From: Candidatus Micrarchaeota archaeon
Lineage (GTDB): Archaea; B1Sed10-29; JAJRYS01
Assembly: GCA_964496415.1 (NCBI GenBank)
Contig: CAZBZN010000001.1
Location: 9,819-73,818 of the forward strand
Direction: 5' to 3'
DNA length: 64,000 nt
Part shown: positions 19,010-27,990 of the stretch, in pieces
Numbering within the stretch: the first letter of the stretch is position 1
How the letters are laid out: every line of letters starts with the position of its first letter
Notes under the pieces: generated by a model
What the model was told of the DNA's origin: nothing
The model's input: only the letters and a program-made list of their open reading frames with translations
Databases searched by the model: none
Program-made: the position numbers and the translations under genes

Positions 19010-20751
19010 CTCTCTTTTATTTTTCTTATTTCTTTTATTAATTCTTGATCTTCAAAAAATTCAATCAGCTCATATAATTGCTCGTAAGGGACATTAGTAT
19101 ATAGAAAGCCGCCTTCTTTGATGTTTCTTCCAACAACACCGTTGTCTATTGATATTGCTACTTTTTCTCCTTTTTCAGCTTTTCCCACTGCTTGGTTTTT
19201 ACTTTGGATTCCAAGGATTTTCCCAACAGGACTCCCTTTTTCATTCATTAGAGGGTACTTTGGTTTTATCACGCCGCTTATTACTTCAACTCCTATTATT
19301 GCTGGCTTGCTTGCTCTGAAAACAAACCCTGGGAGGACTTTAAGTTTTGCAGGAAACACGTATTTTTCGAGTTTTTTCTCTTTTTCCTCTTCTTCTTTTT
19401 TCTTTTTCCATTCTAAATAATCTTCTTCAAGTTTGTAGATTACTTTTGATTCAAAGATTGGTATTTCTTCTTTTTCAGCTTCTTCTTTTGCGTCATCATT
19501 AATTTGGGTGTTGAAGGCAATTATTACGCCAAGAAGGGGGTTTTCTTTTTTTACTGAAGCTGCTTCAAGCACGTCTTTTTTGGTAACTACTCCCACATCT
19601 GCTTTTTTTACAGGAACTTTTAATTGTTCAAATAGTTTAACTAATGCTTCTAAAGAACCTAACGCATCTGCTTTTATTATTATCCCCAAGCTTTCTTTTT
19701 CTATTATTACGTCTTCTACTTCTGCTTTTATTTCTTTTATTACTTCTTGTTCGTTTCCTCTTATTACTCTTAAAGGAGATCCTGCTAAAGCATTTTCAAG
19801 TCCAGGAGCTGCAATTTTTAACCCAGCAGCAGCGTATACTTTTTCAACTGTTTTAAATTTTTTCTTTGTTTCTCTAATTTCTTCTAAAGGTTGTGGAAGA
19901 AGAAGGGCTCTTATTTTTGTTTTTATTATTCCATTTTTTCCAATTAGTGCTATCTCGTCTCCTTTTTTTATACAACCCTCATAAATTATTGCGTCTATAG
20001 TCATCCCAAGCCCTTGTACTTCTTTTACTTCTAACACGTTTCCTTTTGCTGGTTTTTCCAAATCAATTTCAAGTTTTTTCTTCATAAATTTTTGAGCTAA
20101 TCCAGAAACAAAGAGAAGGAGTTCTTGTATTCCTTCACCTGTTTTTGCAGAGACTGGGATGATTATTACTTCTTTAGTGAAGTCTTTTACTCTGTCAAAT
20201 CTTTCAGCATTAAACCCCTCTTCTGATAATTGAGCTATTAATTCATAGATTTTTTGTTCCAGTAAGTCAATTACATGCTGTCTTTGTTCTTGTGATGTAT
20301 CTAAAAAGCATTTGTTTTCTTTAGGAAGCCATCCGTTGATTAGGTCTATTTTGTTAGCAGCTACAATAAAAGGAACTTTGTTGATCTTTAGAATTTCTAT
20401 TGCTTCTTTAGTTTGTGGTTGGATTCCTTGAGTTATGTCTATTACTAAGATTGCAATGTCTGCTATTGACCCTCCTCTTTTTCTTAGGTTAGTAAAAGCT
20501 TCATGTCCAGGGGTGTCGATGAAAAGTAATCCTGGAATAGTGAGTTCAAACTTGTATTTTTTTATTAAGTCAGCGCATTTCTTTTTTATCACTTCTATTG
20601 GAATAAAGCTTGCACCAACATGCTGGGTTATTGCTCCTGCTTCTCTTTCTGCTACACTTGTTCCTCTTATTCTATCAAGTAGTAAAGTCTTTCCATGATC
20701 CACGTGACCTAATACAGCTACTATTGGAGATCTTAAGGTTATTTTTATCAC
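18997..20751 (-). CDS. infB: translation initiation factor aIF5B (IF-2)
   Basis: [19 protein letters not shown] and DTPGHEAF GTPase motifs. About 584 aa. Confidence 0.9.
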   Translation of the reverse strand: MIKITLRSPIVAVLGHVDHGKTLLLDRIRGTSVAEREAGAITQHVGASFIPIEVIKKKCADLIKKYKFELTIPGLLFIDTPGHEAFTNLRKRGGSIADIAILVIDITQGIQPQTKEAIEILKINKVPFIVAANKIDLINGWLPKENKCFLDTSQEQRQHVIDLLEQKIYELIAQLSEEGFNAERFDRVKDFTKEVIIIPVSAKTGEGIQELLLFVSGLAQKFMKKKLEIDLEKPAKGNVLEVKEVQGLGMTIDAIIYEGCIKKGDEIALIGKNGIIKTKIRALLLPQPLEEIRETKKKFKTVEKVYAAAGLKIAAPGLENALAGSPLRVIRGNEQEVIKEIKAEVEDVIIEKESLGIIIKADALGSLEALVKLFEQLKVPVKKADVGVVTKKDVLEAASVKKENPLLGVIIAFNTQINDDAKEEAEKEEIPIFESKVIYKLEEDYLEWKKKKEEEEKEKKLEKYVFPAKLKVLPGFVFRASKPAIIGVEVISGVIKPKYPLMNEKGSPVGKILGIQSKNQAVGKAEKGEKVAISIDNGVVGRNIKEGGFLYTNVPYEQLYELIEFFEDQELIKEIRKIKERCKK

Positions 20752-20797
20752 CTTTTTGAAAGAGTCTTCTCAGCTTTTGCCGAGAAGCATTTCTATA

Positions 20798-21457
20798 TCA
20801 TTCTTTTATTATTCTGATTATTTTTTCAAGCATTACTTCTATTGGAATGTCTATTTCACCTTCAGGGACTAGTTCTTTTTTCCATTCAACTGTATACAAC
20901 CTGCCGTCTTTTTTATAGTAATCTAAGACTTCCTGTGCTGTTTCCCTGTATTTTTCAAGCCTTTTTCTTATAGCTTCTTCTTTGTCATCTTCTCTTTGAA
21001 TTAGCTTAGCCCCGCACTTGTCGCAGATGCCTTCTACTTTAGGCTTTAATGTTAAGATATTGTATACTGCTCCGCAGTTTGGGCAGATTCTTCTTGAAGA
21101 AAGTCTTCTTATTATCACTTCTTCAGGTACTTCAATATTTAGTGCTTTGTCTATTTTTGCAAACTCATCTAATGCTTTTGCTTGGTTTAATGTTCTTGGC
21201 ATTCCGTCAAGGATAAATCCATTTTTGCAGTCTTCTTGAGAAAGTCTTTGTTTTGTTATTTCAATTACTATTTCATCAGGAACGAGCTCTCCTTTTTCAA
21301 GGATTGGCTTTATCTTTTTGCCAAGTTCTGTTTCTTTCGCTACGTGTTCTCTAAAAATGTCTCCTGTAGAGATATGTGGGATTCCTAAGATTTTTGAAGC
21401 TCTTGAAGCGTAAGTTCCTTTTCCTGACCCTGGTGCTCCGAAGAATGTTATTTTCAT
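20798..21457 (-). CDS. adk: adenylate kinase (long form with Zn lid)
   Basis: [10 protein letters not shown]-loop. Lid CPNCG...CDKCG. Confidence 0.9.
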   Translation of the reverse strand: MKITFFGAPGSGKGTYASRASKILGIPHISTGDIFREHVAKETELGKKIKPILEKGELVPDEIVIEITKQRLSQEDCKNGFILDGMPRTLNQAKALDEFAKIDKALNIEVPEEVIIRRLSSRRICPNCGAVYNILTLKPKVEGICDKCGAKLIQREDDKEEAIRKRLEKYRETAQEVLDYYKKDGRLYTVEWKKELVPEGEIDIPIEVMLEKIIRIIKE

Positions 21458-21633
21458 TTTTTCTCCTTCTTTTTTTGTTTTTTAACCCATTTTACTTTTG
21501 CTGGCTTTCTTTTGAGTTTTAGAAGGTTTTTTTCACATTTTGATGAGCAAAAATAGTACCTTGTGCCATCTTTTAAAGCATAAATTTTTCCAGTTCCAGG
21601 GATTATTTCTTTTCCACAGAAAGAACACTTCAT
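21454..21633 (-). CDS. rpl24e: 50S ribosomal protein L24e
   Basis: Not in the ORF track (59 aa). Translation [63 protein letters not shown] overlap with adk. Confidence 0.8.
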   Translation of the reverse strand: MKCSFCGKEIIPGTGKIYALKDGTRYYFCSSKCEKNLLKLKRKPAKVKWVKKQKKKEKK

Positions 21634-21637
21634 TAGC

Positions 21638-21847
21638 TCACCTTACTTTTATTGGCTTTGCTTCTGTTTCAGTATCTAATAACATTAAAATGTCCCCGAT
21701 TCTTACAGGTCCTTTTACATTTCTTCTCATTATTCTACCTTTGTCTCTTCCTTCAAGGATTTTTACCATCACTTGCCAGATTTCTCCATGTACTCCTGTT
21801 TTTCCAATGATTTCAACTATTTCTGCTGGAGTTGCTTCTTCACTCAT
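21638..21847 (-). CDS. rps28e: 30S ribosomal protein S28e
   Basis: [40 protein letters not shown]. Confidence 0.85.
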   Translation of the reverse strand: MSEEATPAEIVEIIGKTGVHGEIWQVMVKILEGRDKGRIMRRNVKGPVRIGDILMLLDTETEAKPIKVR

Positions 21848-22223
21848 TAGCTTTCACCTGTTTTTTCAGTTCTTCCATTTTTGTAGCTATGTCTTTTATT
21901 AAGTCTTTGGCATTTCCTGGTTCTACTATTGCTACCGCGCTTGAAGCTACTTTTATTCCAGCAGCTTCTCCGAGTTCTTTTTTACCAGGAACAAAGACGT
22001 ATGGGATTCCTTTTTCATCACATAATACTGGCAGAAAAGCAACTATTTCTGGTGGGTTGACATCTTCAGCGATTATTACTAACTTTGCTATCTCTCTTTC
22101 AACTGCTTTTGTTGTTTCGTTTATTCCTTTTCTTATTTTTCCAGAAGATCTTGCCATTTCAACTGCTTGGTATGCTTCGTCAGCTAATTCTTTTGGAACA
22201 TTTATTTTTGCAACCATTTTCAT
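21840..22223 (-). CDS. rpl7ae: 50S ribosomal protein L7Ae (K-turn binding)
   Basis: L7Ae/L30e fold. KELADEAY...[22 protein letters not shown] lies before the start. Confidence 0.9.
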   Translation of the reverse strand: MKMVAKINVPKELADEAYQAVEMARSSGKIRKGINETTKAVEREIAKLVIIAEDVNPPEIVAFLPVLCDEKGIPYVFVPGKKELGEAAGIKVASSAVAIVEPGNAKDLIKDIATKMEELKKQVKANE

Positions 22224-22324
22224 ACCTCCTTTGTCACAGTTGCTTGCGCAACTCCTTCATTGGGTTTAAAAAAAGTAATAGTATTCTGAAATTGATAGTA
22301 TTTAAAGCTTTACACTATGTTTTG

Positions 22325-23542
22325 TCATTCCTTAAAGGTGGGTTTTTTCCTTGCTTTTTTATCAGCTGCTTCTATCATTGACCAAGTAAGGGTCACATTG
22401 TTCTTTTTTACCCCAAGATCCCAGATTAATTGTTTTATTCCCTCAGCAGAGATCCCTCTCTTCCTAAGTCCTCTGATTGTTAATAGCCGTGGGTCATCCC
22501 AGCCAGAATATTCCCCTTGTCTTATTTTTTCAGCCATCCATGAGCAGCTTAGTTTTGCTCCCTCAACATTGACTTTTCCTGTTACTATTGTTACAGGATA
22601 CTCCCATCCAAAGTGGTTGTATAAGTATTTTTGCTGTAATTCAGTGAAATCCAAGTCTCTTCCTCTTATGATATGAGTGGTTCCAAGTAAGTGGTCGTCA
22701 ATTGCTGAGTTAAAATTAAGCAACGGCCACACAACTGCTTTTTTATTTCTTGGATGGTCATGGTTTTTTACAATCCTAAAACCAGGCCAGTCTCTTAACG
22801 CAGGATTAGGGTCTTTCAAGTTTGTTTTTACTCTGAATACTGCTTCTCCTTCATCATACTCAGTGAACATCTTCTCCCAGCGCTTTAATTGTTCTTCAAC
22901 AGGAAGCTCCCTGCATGGGCATGGCTCTCCTTTCTTCTTAAGCTCTTTGAAATATTCTGGGTTGCAAGTGCATACGTAAGCTTTTCCCATTTTCAAGAGC
23001 TTTTCAGCGTACTCGTAGTAAATTTCAAGCCTGTCAGAAGCATAGATTACTTTGTCTGGTTTTATCCCAAGCCATTCAAGGTCCTCAAGCCACCACTCAT
23101 AAGCTTCTTTTAAAGGAGGCTTTACTTTTGGGTCAGTATCGTCAAATCTTAAAATGTACTTCCCGTTATATTTTCTTACGTAAAACCAGTTGAGGAGGGC
23201 TTGTCTCGCATGACCTAAATGCATTGGTCCGTTAGGATTTGGAGCCATCCTCATTATTACTTTTCCTTCTACTGCTTTTTCAAGTTCAGGAAGAGCATGT
23301 CTTTCTTCATCTTTTTTTTCTAATGCTTCTGGCCATAACTCCTTAAGTTTTTCTCTTATTTCTTCGATGCTCATTTTATTTACTTCTTCTACTACTTTCT
23401 TCACCGTAATGCCTAGTTTTTTCATGTCTTTCTTAAGCTCAGGAGCTTCTCCGAGAACACCATTAATTACAGCTCCTGCAAGTGCTTTCCCTTCATGCTG
23501 GTATGCGTTTTTTAATGCATGTTTTAGAATAAGTTCTTCCAT
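22325..23542 (-). CDS. gltX: glutamyl-tRNA synthetase-like protein: catalytic domain only, with N-terminal helical extension
   Basis: Class I motifs PNPNGPMHLGH and a KLSCS-like KMSKS equivalent. GWDDPRLLTIRGLRKRG is the GluRS/GlnRS signature. The ORF ends about 35 aa later, with no anticodon-binding beta-barrels. A 95-aa N-terminal helical domain is present. Confidence 0.8.
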   Translation of the reverse strand: MEELILKHALKNAYQHEGKALAGAVINGVLGEAPELKKDMKKLGITVKKVVEEVNKMSIEEIREKLKELWPEALEKKDEERHALPELEKAVEGKVIMRMAPNPNGPMHLGHARQALLNWFYVRKYNGKYILRFDDTDPKVKPPLKEAYEWWLEDLEWLGIKPDKVIYASDRLEIYYEYAEKLLKMGKAYVCTCNPEYFKELKKKGEPCPCRELPVEEQLKRWEKMFTEYDEGEAVFRVKTNLKDPNPALRDWPGFRIVKNHDHPRNKKAVVWPLLNFNSAIDDHLLGTTHIIRGRDLDFTELQQKYLYNHFGWEYPVTIVTGKVNVEGAKLSCSWMAEKIRQGEYSGWDDPRLLTIRGLRKRGISAEGIKQLIWDLGVKKNNVTLTWSMIEAADKKARKKPTFKE

Positions 23543-23586
23543 GACTTTATTTAGTTTGAGAGGGTATAAATTCTTGTAGGTCTTTT

Positions 23587-24390
23587 TTACTCAAAGATTA
23601 TTGAAGCATAGCCAACTACTTTAAAATAATCTCCATTTATGTCTCCGCTTGTTGAGTACTTGAGGAGTTTTGCTTTTTTTACATCTCTTTGCTTTGAAAA
23701 AATCATAGCACTTAGTATACATCCATATCCGCATATTGACATCTCTTTTTCTTCAACTAATTTATAGAAGCCTTCGTCGTCTAATTGTTCTATTTTTTTA
23801 ATGGCTTCATTGTCTTTTTGAAAAGCAGACTCCTGTGGCTCGTAGTGAGTGAAGTCAGAGGAGGCAATGATTATGTCATTTTTTTCAAGAACTTCTGCTA
23901 AAGAGCTTCCAAGTTTTTTCATTGTTTGATATGATTGATCCATCACGCATATTGGAAGTATTTTAAAGTTTTCAAAGATTACTTGTAAGAAAGGTAACTG
24001 TACTTCTATGGAGTGTTCATATTCATGAGCTATTTGGTCGATTGCAAAACCTTTTTCAGCAAGAAAATTAGCTTTTTCTTTGTCAGTTTCTATTATGCCT
24101 AAAGGAGTTTCCCAGTCTTGAGTTGATATTGAGACAAGACTTCCCAGGCCAGTGTGGTTTGGACCAATTATTACAATAGTCCTTGGATCAGTGTTTTTTA
24201 ATGCAGAGTAAGAATAAGCTGCAGTTTGCCCTGAATAAATATACCCAGCATGAGGGCTTACTGCTGCTTTTGGTTTTGCTTTTATTTCACCAGCTTTTTC
24301 TAAGAACGAGGATATCATCTCTTTTAGTTCATCTTTGTCTGCAGGGTAGAACTGTCCAGCCACAGCTGGTTTTCTAACCATTTTTGTCAC
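23587..24390 (-). CDS. AmmeMemoRadiSam system protein B (MEMO1-like)
   Basis: AVAGQFYPAD...SPHAGYIYSG...GPNH are Memo family motifs. Confidence 0.8.
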   Translation of the reverse strand: MTKMVRKPAVAGQFYPADKDELKEMISSFLEKAGEIKAKPKAAVSPHAGYIYSGQTAAYSYSALKNTDPRTIVIIGPNHTGLGSLVSISTQDWETPLGIIETDKEKANFLAEKGFAIDQIAHEYEHSIEVQLPFLQVIFENFKILPICVMDQSYQTMKKLGSSLAEVLEKNDIIIASSDFTHYEPQESAFQKDNEAIKKIEQLDDEGFYKLVEEKEMSICGYGCILSAMIFSKQRDVKKAKLLKYSTSGDINGDYFKVVGYASIIFE

Positions 24391-25031
24391 TTTATTGGTT
24401 TTGTTTCAAACTCACTTACTGGTACTTCAAATTCTTTGTCATTTTTTAAGTAGCCTCTTTCTTTTAGAACCTCTCTTGTAAGTAACCAGTAAATCAGGGC
24501 TAAAGCTTTTTTTCCTTTGTTATTAGTTGGGATTATCAAATCAATGTTTTTAGTCAAGCTGCTTGTGTCACATAAGGAAATTACAGGTATTCTTGCTTTT
24601 TTTGCTTCTTTTATTGCTTGCCTGTCAATTGGAGGGTCTGAAGTTATTATGAGCTCTGGTTCTACAAAGTTTTCTGAGTTTGGGTTGGTTAATGTTCCTG
24701 GAATAAATCTTCCAATTACTTCCATTGCTCCTATTCTTTTAGCAAATTCATGAGCAGGTTTTCTAGCATATGCTCTGTTAGCTACTACTAAGATTTTTTC
24801 AGGGTCATATTGTGCTATAAATCTTGCAGCTACTTTTATTCTTTCATTTAAAGAGTTAATGTCAAGTACGCATAATCCGTCTGTTCTTATTTTGTAAATG
24901 AATTTTCTCATTGTTCCTGACTTGAATTTTGAGCCTATATGAACTCCAGCTTCTAAGTATTTTTCAAGAGGGACTAAGGATCTTTTAACTTCTTGCTTTG
25001 AAGATTCTTCTTTCCCTTTTCTTTTTTTCAT
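24387..25031 (-). CDS. rps2: 30S ribosomal protein S2 (uS2)
   Basis: LEAGVHIGSK...ILVVANR...PVISLCDT. Confidence 0.9.
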   Translation of the reverse strand: MKKRKGKEESSKQEVKRSLVPLEKYLEAGVHIGSKFKSGTMRKFIYKIRTDGLCVLDINSLNERIKVAARFIAQYDPEKILVVANRAYARKPAHEFAKRIGAMEVIGRFIPGTLTNPNSENFVEPELIITSDPPIDRQAIKEAKKARIPVISLCDTSSLTKNIDLIIPTNNKGKKALALIYWLLTREVLKERGYLKNDKEFEVPVSEFETKPIK

Positions 25032-26220
25032 GTTTTATCACCTTTTGAATTTTCATTAGCCTTTTTATTTTTATTACTCTTTCTTTTCCTATGATCCCTA
25101 TTTTCATGTAAGGAATGTTAAGCCCTACTGCAAGGTCTGAGATGAGGTCATCCATTGTTTCTCCTGACCTATGAGATATTATTGGAGTGTACTGGTTTTC
25201 AAAAGCTTTTTTTACTACGTTAAGAGTTTGAGTTATTGTTCCCGCTTGATTTGGCTTTATTATTATAGAGTTTGCTGCTTTTAATTTTATTCCTTTTTCA
25301 AATCTTTTTTCATTTGTAGCAAATAAGTCGTCCCCGCATATTAGCCTGTCAGGAAATTTTTCAGCCAGCCATTTGAATGATTTAAAGTCATCTTCATGAA
25401 AAGGATCCTCGATGTAATAAAGGTCATATTCTTCTATTAGTTCAGCCACGTATCTTCTTTGTTGCATGGTGCTTAATTCTTTGTCCTTATAAACATATTT
25501 TTTCCCATTGTAAAAACTGCTTGCTGCGAAGTCAACTCCTATTGCTATTTCAATTTTTCTTTTTCTGCTCAGTTTTTCAGCTTCTTCATTTAGAATTTTT
25601 AATGCGATTTCGTTTGGAATTTCAGCAACCCATCCTCCTTCATAGTCAAGTTTTTTTGACCCAATTTTTTTACCTATCCTTGCATGGAGTTCTTTACTAA
25701 TCTTAAAGGCTTTTTTAATTGACGAAGTTAGGGGAATTGCAAGGAATTCTTGAATTTCTGTTGAGTTCTCAGCGTGTTTTCCTCCGCCTATCATCTTGTT
25801 AATCATTAAAGGGATTGATGGGTTAGATTCTTTTGCTAAATATTTGTATAGTTCTTTCTTTTTTGACTTAGCAGCTGCTTTTAGGCAAGCAGCAGAGATT
25901 GCAATTGCAATATTCCCGCCTATTGCTGAGAAATTATTTGTATCATCAACTTTTCTTATTATGCTGTCAATTTTTTCCTGGTCAGTGACTTCAACACCTA
26001 TGAGCTTAGGGATAAGGGTCTTTTCAGCTCTTTTTATTAACAAATCTATATCTCTTGGAAAAGCTATTGCCTCATACTTGCTTACAGAGGTTCCAGAAGG
26101 AGCTATTGCTACTGCTTTTGAATTTTTTGTTTTTACTATTGCCTTCACTGTTGGCTCGTTTTTTGAATTCCTGTCTTTTTTGATTTTAATGCTCTTTATT
26201 TTTGCCAACTTCTTCACCAA
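24985..26220 (-). CDS. eno: enolase
   Basis: SHRSGETMDD, IKPNQAGTITQTL and an N-terminal PTVKAIVKTKNSKAVAIAPSG. Its start overlaps the rpoN 3' end. Confidence 0.85.
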   Translation of the reverse strand: MVKKLAKIKSIKIKKDRNSKNEPTVKAIVKTKNSKAVAIAPSGTSVSKYEAIAFPRDIDLLIKRAEKTLIPKLIGVEVTDQEKIDSIIRKVDDTNNFSAIGGNIAIAISAACLKAAAKSKKKELYKYLAKESNPSIPLMINKMIGGGKHAENSTEIQEFLAIPLTSSIKKAFKISKELHARIGKKIGSKKLDYEGGWVAEIPNEIALKILNEEAEKLSRKRKIEIAIGVDFAASSFYNGKKYVYKDKELSTMQQRRYVAELIEEYDLYYIEDPFHEDDFKSFKWLAEKFPDRLICGDDLFATNEKRFEKGIKLKAANSIIIKPNQAGTITQTLNVVKKAFENQYTPIISHRSGETMDDLISDLAVGLNIPYMKIGIIGKERVIKIKRLMKIQKVIKHEKKKRERRIFKARS

Positions 26221-26422
26221 GAGTCTTTATTCTTTTGAACTTTATTATCTCGTCAATGTAGTCTTTGTGAGTTAAGAGCATTCTTCTGCAGCAGTACCTT
26301 TTTATTCCAAGCTCGTCCATTACTTTTCCGGGTTCTTCTCCGTTTTTCACTCTTTCAGCATATTCTTCCCAGTATTGTCCAATAGGTTTTCCACAGGAAA
26401 AACATCTTATTGGGATTATCAT
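26186..26422 (-). CDS. rpoN: DNA-directed RNA polymerase subunit N (Rpb10)
   Basis: MIIPIRCFSCGKPIG...RYCCRRML. There is an 18-aa C-terminal extension relative to the usual ~65 aa. Confidence 0.85.
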   Translation of the reverse strand: MIIPIRCFSCGKPIGQYWEEYAERVKNGEEPGKVMDELGIKRYCCRRMLLTHKDYIDEIIKFKRIKTLGEEVGKNKEH

Positions 26423-26426
26423 CTTT

Positions 26427-26858
26427 TCACCTGAATGATTTTATTGGTTTAGCTCTAGCTCCTTTTCTAAGGAACTTCTTAGGTTCTTTTCTTCTAACAT
26501 CATCAATTATCAATGACCTATCATATTCTAAGAACTTATTTTTCAAGTCCTCGCTTTCACTCCATTCAACAAGTGCTTTTCCTATAGCTGTTCTTACTGC
26601 AAATGCCTGTCCTGATACTCCTCCTCCTTTAACATTAGCTCTGATGTCAAGAGTATTAATGAAGTTGTCTCCGAGGACTTTTTTAGCAATAGTGATTGGT
26701 TCCATTATTATTTCTCTCACATGAGCTGGTTCATAAGCATCAATTGAATAGCCGTTTATCTTTATTGTTCCATGCCCTTCTCTTATTCTTACTCTAGCTA
26801 CTGCTGCCTTTTTCTTTCCTTTAGTGAACACGATTTTTTCTTTCTTTTTTGAAGTCAT
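26427..26858 (-). CDS. rps9: 30S ribosomal protein S9 (uS9)
   Basis: GGGVSGQAFAVRTAIGKAL. The C-terminus ends in R. Confidence 0.9.
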   Translation of the reverse strand: MTSKKKEKIVFTKGKKKAAVARVRIREGHGTIKINGYSIDAYEPAHVREIIMEPITIAKKVLGDNFINTLDIRANVKGGGVSGQAFAVRTAIGKALVEWSESEDLKNKFLEYDRSLIIDDVRRKEPKKFLRKGARAKPIKSFR

Positions 26859-26861
26859 TTT

Positions 26862-27275
26862 TCATCCCTTCCATCCAAGTCTTTTACAGAGTTCTTCAAT
26901 TGTTATGTATTTTTTTGCTTTTGTTTCAGGAATGATTTTTTCAGCTTTTCCAGAATACTCTTCAGGAACCCCTATGAATGCTTTAACTCTTCTCATTGCT
27001 TCCATTCCTCTTTTTGTTTTTCTTGGAACCATGCCTCTTATGGTTCTTTTTACAAACAAGTCAGGCCTTCTTGAAAGCTTAGGACTTTTTATTGGTTTTG
27101 CGATATCTCTTATTTCAAACTTTTTCTTCCACTCTTCATAAACAGATTCAGGATTGCCTGTTATTACTGCTTTTTCAGCATTAACTATTATCACAGTTTC
27201 ACCATTCAACAGTAATTTTGCTGTTTCTGAAGCAAGTCTTCCAAGCGCTGTTTTTTCAGCATCTATTATTTTCAT
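26862..27275 (-). CDS. rpl13: 50S ribosomal protein L13 (uL13)
   Basis: MKIIDAEKTALGRLAS...RTIRGMVPRKTKRG. Confidence 0.9.
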   Translation of the reverse strand: MKIIDAEKTALGRLASETAKLLLNGETVIIVNAEKAVITGNPESVYEEWKKKFEIRDIAKPIKSPKLSRRPDLFVKRTIRGMVPRKTKRGMEAMRRVKAFIGVPEEYSGKAEKIIPETKAKKYITIEELCKRLGWKG

Positions 27276-27281
27276 ATCTCC

Positions 27282-27626
27282 TCACTGAATGATTTTTAAG
27301 TTTTTCACTTCTCCCATGTTTACCAATTCTTCTAAACTAATTGCTTTTGACCCGTTTTTTTCTATTTTTTCTTTAGCTTTTTTTGAGAACTGGTAAGCAG
27401 CAATCGTTACTTTTTTACTTAGGTTGCCTTCTGAGAGCACTTTTCCAGGAACAACTACTGTTTCTTCTTCTTTAGCATATTTCTGAATTTTAAATAAGTT
27501 AACTTCAGCCCTTTTTCTTGAAGGCTTTTCAAGTTTTTCAGCTACCGCTACTAATGCTGGCTTTTTTGTTTTTTTAAGGCTAATGATAAGCTTCCTGAGG
27601 TTTTCATTCGTTGTTCCTCTTTTCAT
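27282..27626 (-). CDS. rpl18e: 50S ribosomal protein L18e
   Basis: 114 aa. NENLRKLIISLKK...AVAEKLEKPSRKRAEVNL. Confidence 0.85.
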   Translation of the reverse strand: MKRGTTNENLRKLIISLKKTKKPALVAVAEKLEKPSRKRAEVNLFKIQKYAKEEETVVVPGKVLSEGNLSKKVTIAAYQFSKKAKEKIEKNGSKAISLEELVNMGEVKNLKIIQ

Positions 27627-27661
27627 AATACCACTCAGTATTTTTAGTCGCTTGTTGCTTT

Positions 27662-27701
27662 CAGGCGATTGAGAACCACGTTAGTGGTTCGATGTCGCCT
27701 G
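27662..27701. repeat. HP element copy A (extended hairpin, L18e leader)
   Basis: caggcga-ttgagaaccacgttagtggttcgatg-tcgcctg. Outer 7-bp stem, internal loop, inner 7-bp stem gaaccac/gtggttc, GTTA loop. The outer stem differs from the other copies by compensatory changes. Confidence 0.6.
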
Positions 27702-27723
27702 CCCGCAAGCCGTATGCGGCTCT

Positions 27724-27762
27724 AGGGGATTGAGAACCACGTTAGTGGTTCGAACATCCCCT
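27724..27762. repeat. HP element copy B
   Basis: aggggattgagaaccacgttagtggttcgaacatcccct. Identical to the copies at 30277 and 63719. Confidence 0.6.
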
Positions 27763-27785
27763 GTCCGTAAACCGCACGCGGTTTA

Positions 27786-27923
27786 TGCAGGGGACGAGAT
27801 TTGAACTCGCGTGGGCACTAAGCCACAGGGCCCTCAACCCTGCCCGTTTTCCGGGAGGCCCCGCCTCTTATTACTTTTATTAACAGGAGGCAGGGGCCAC
27901 CGTCCAGGCTCCGGCACCCCTGC
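27786..27923 (-). tRNA. tRNA-Leu(GAG) with ~51-nt intron in the D-loop
   Basis: Minus strand. Acceptor GCAGGGG/CCCCTGC with A73. Anticodon arm CAGGG-TTGAGGG-CCCTG. 15-nt variable arm. T-arm GCGAG-TTCAAAT-CTCGT. It is collinear with the intron-less Leu(TAA) at 63802, apart from a GC-rich insertion between GCCTGGA and AAAACGG. Confidence 0.7.
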
Positions 27924-27990
27924 GTAGTTTTCATAGCATAGGGGTTGCGGGGAAGCTTTGCTTACCCAAGTACCCCTGCATAGTAATCCA

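Noticed and set aside
21540-21902. 120-aa plus-strand ORF
   Set aside because: It is antisense to L24e and S28e and has hydrophobic low-complexity content. The minus strand here encodes clear r-proteins.
27662-27762. HP element as a tRNA half, C/D-box or H/ACA sRNA
   Set aside because: There is no T-arm (GTTCRANYC followed by a pairing stem). No RUGAUGA or CUGA boxes occur in either orientation. The internal loops are too small for a pseudouridylation pocket and no ACA follows 3 nt after the stem.
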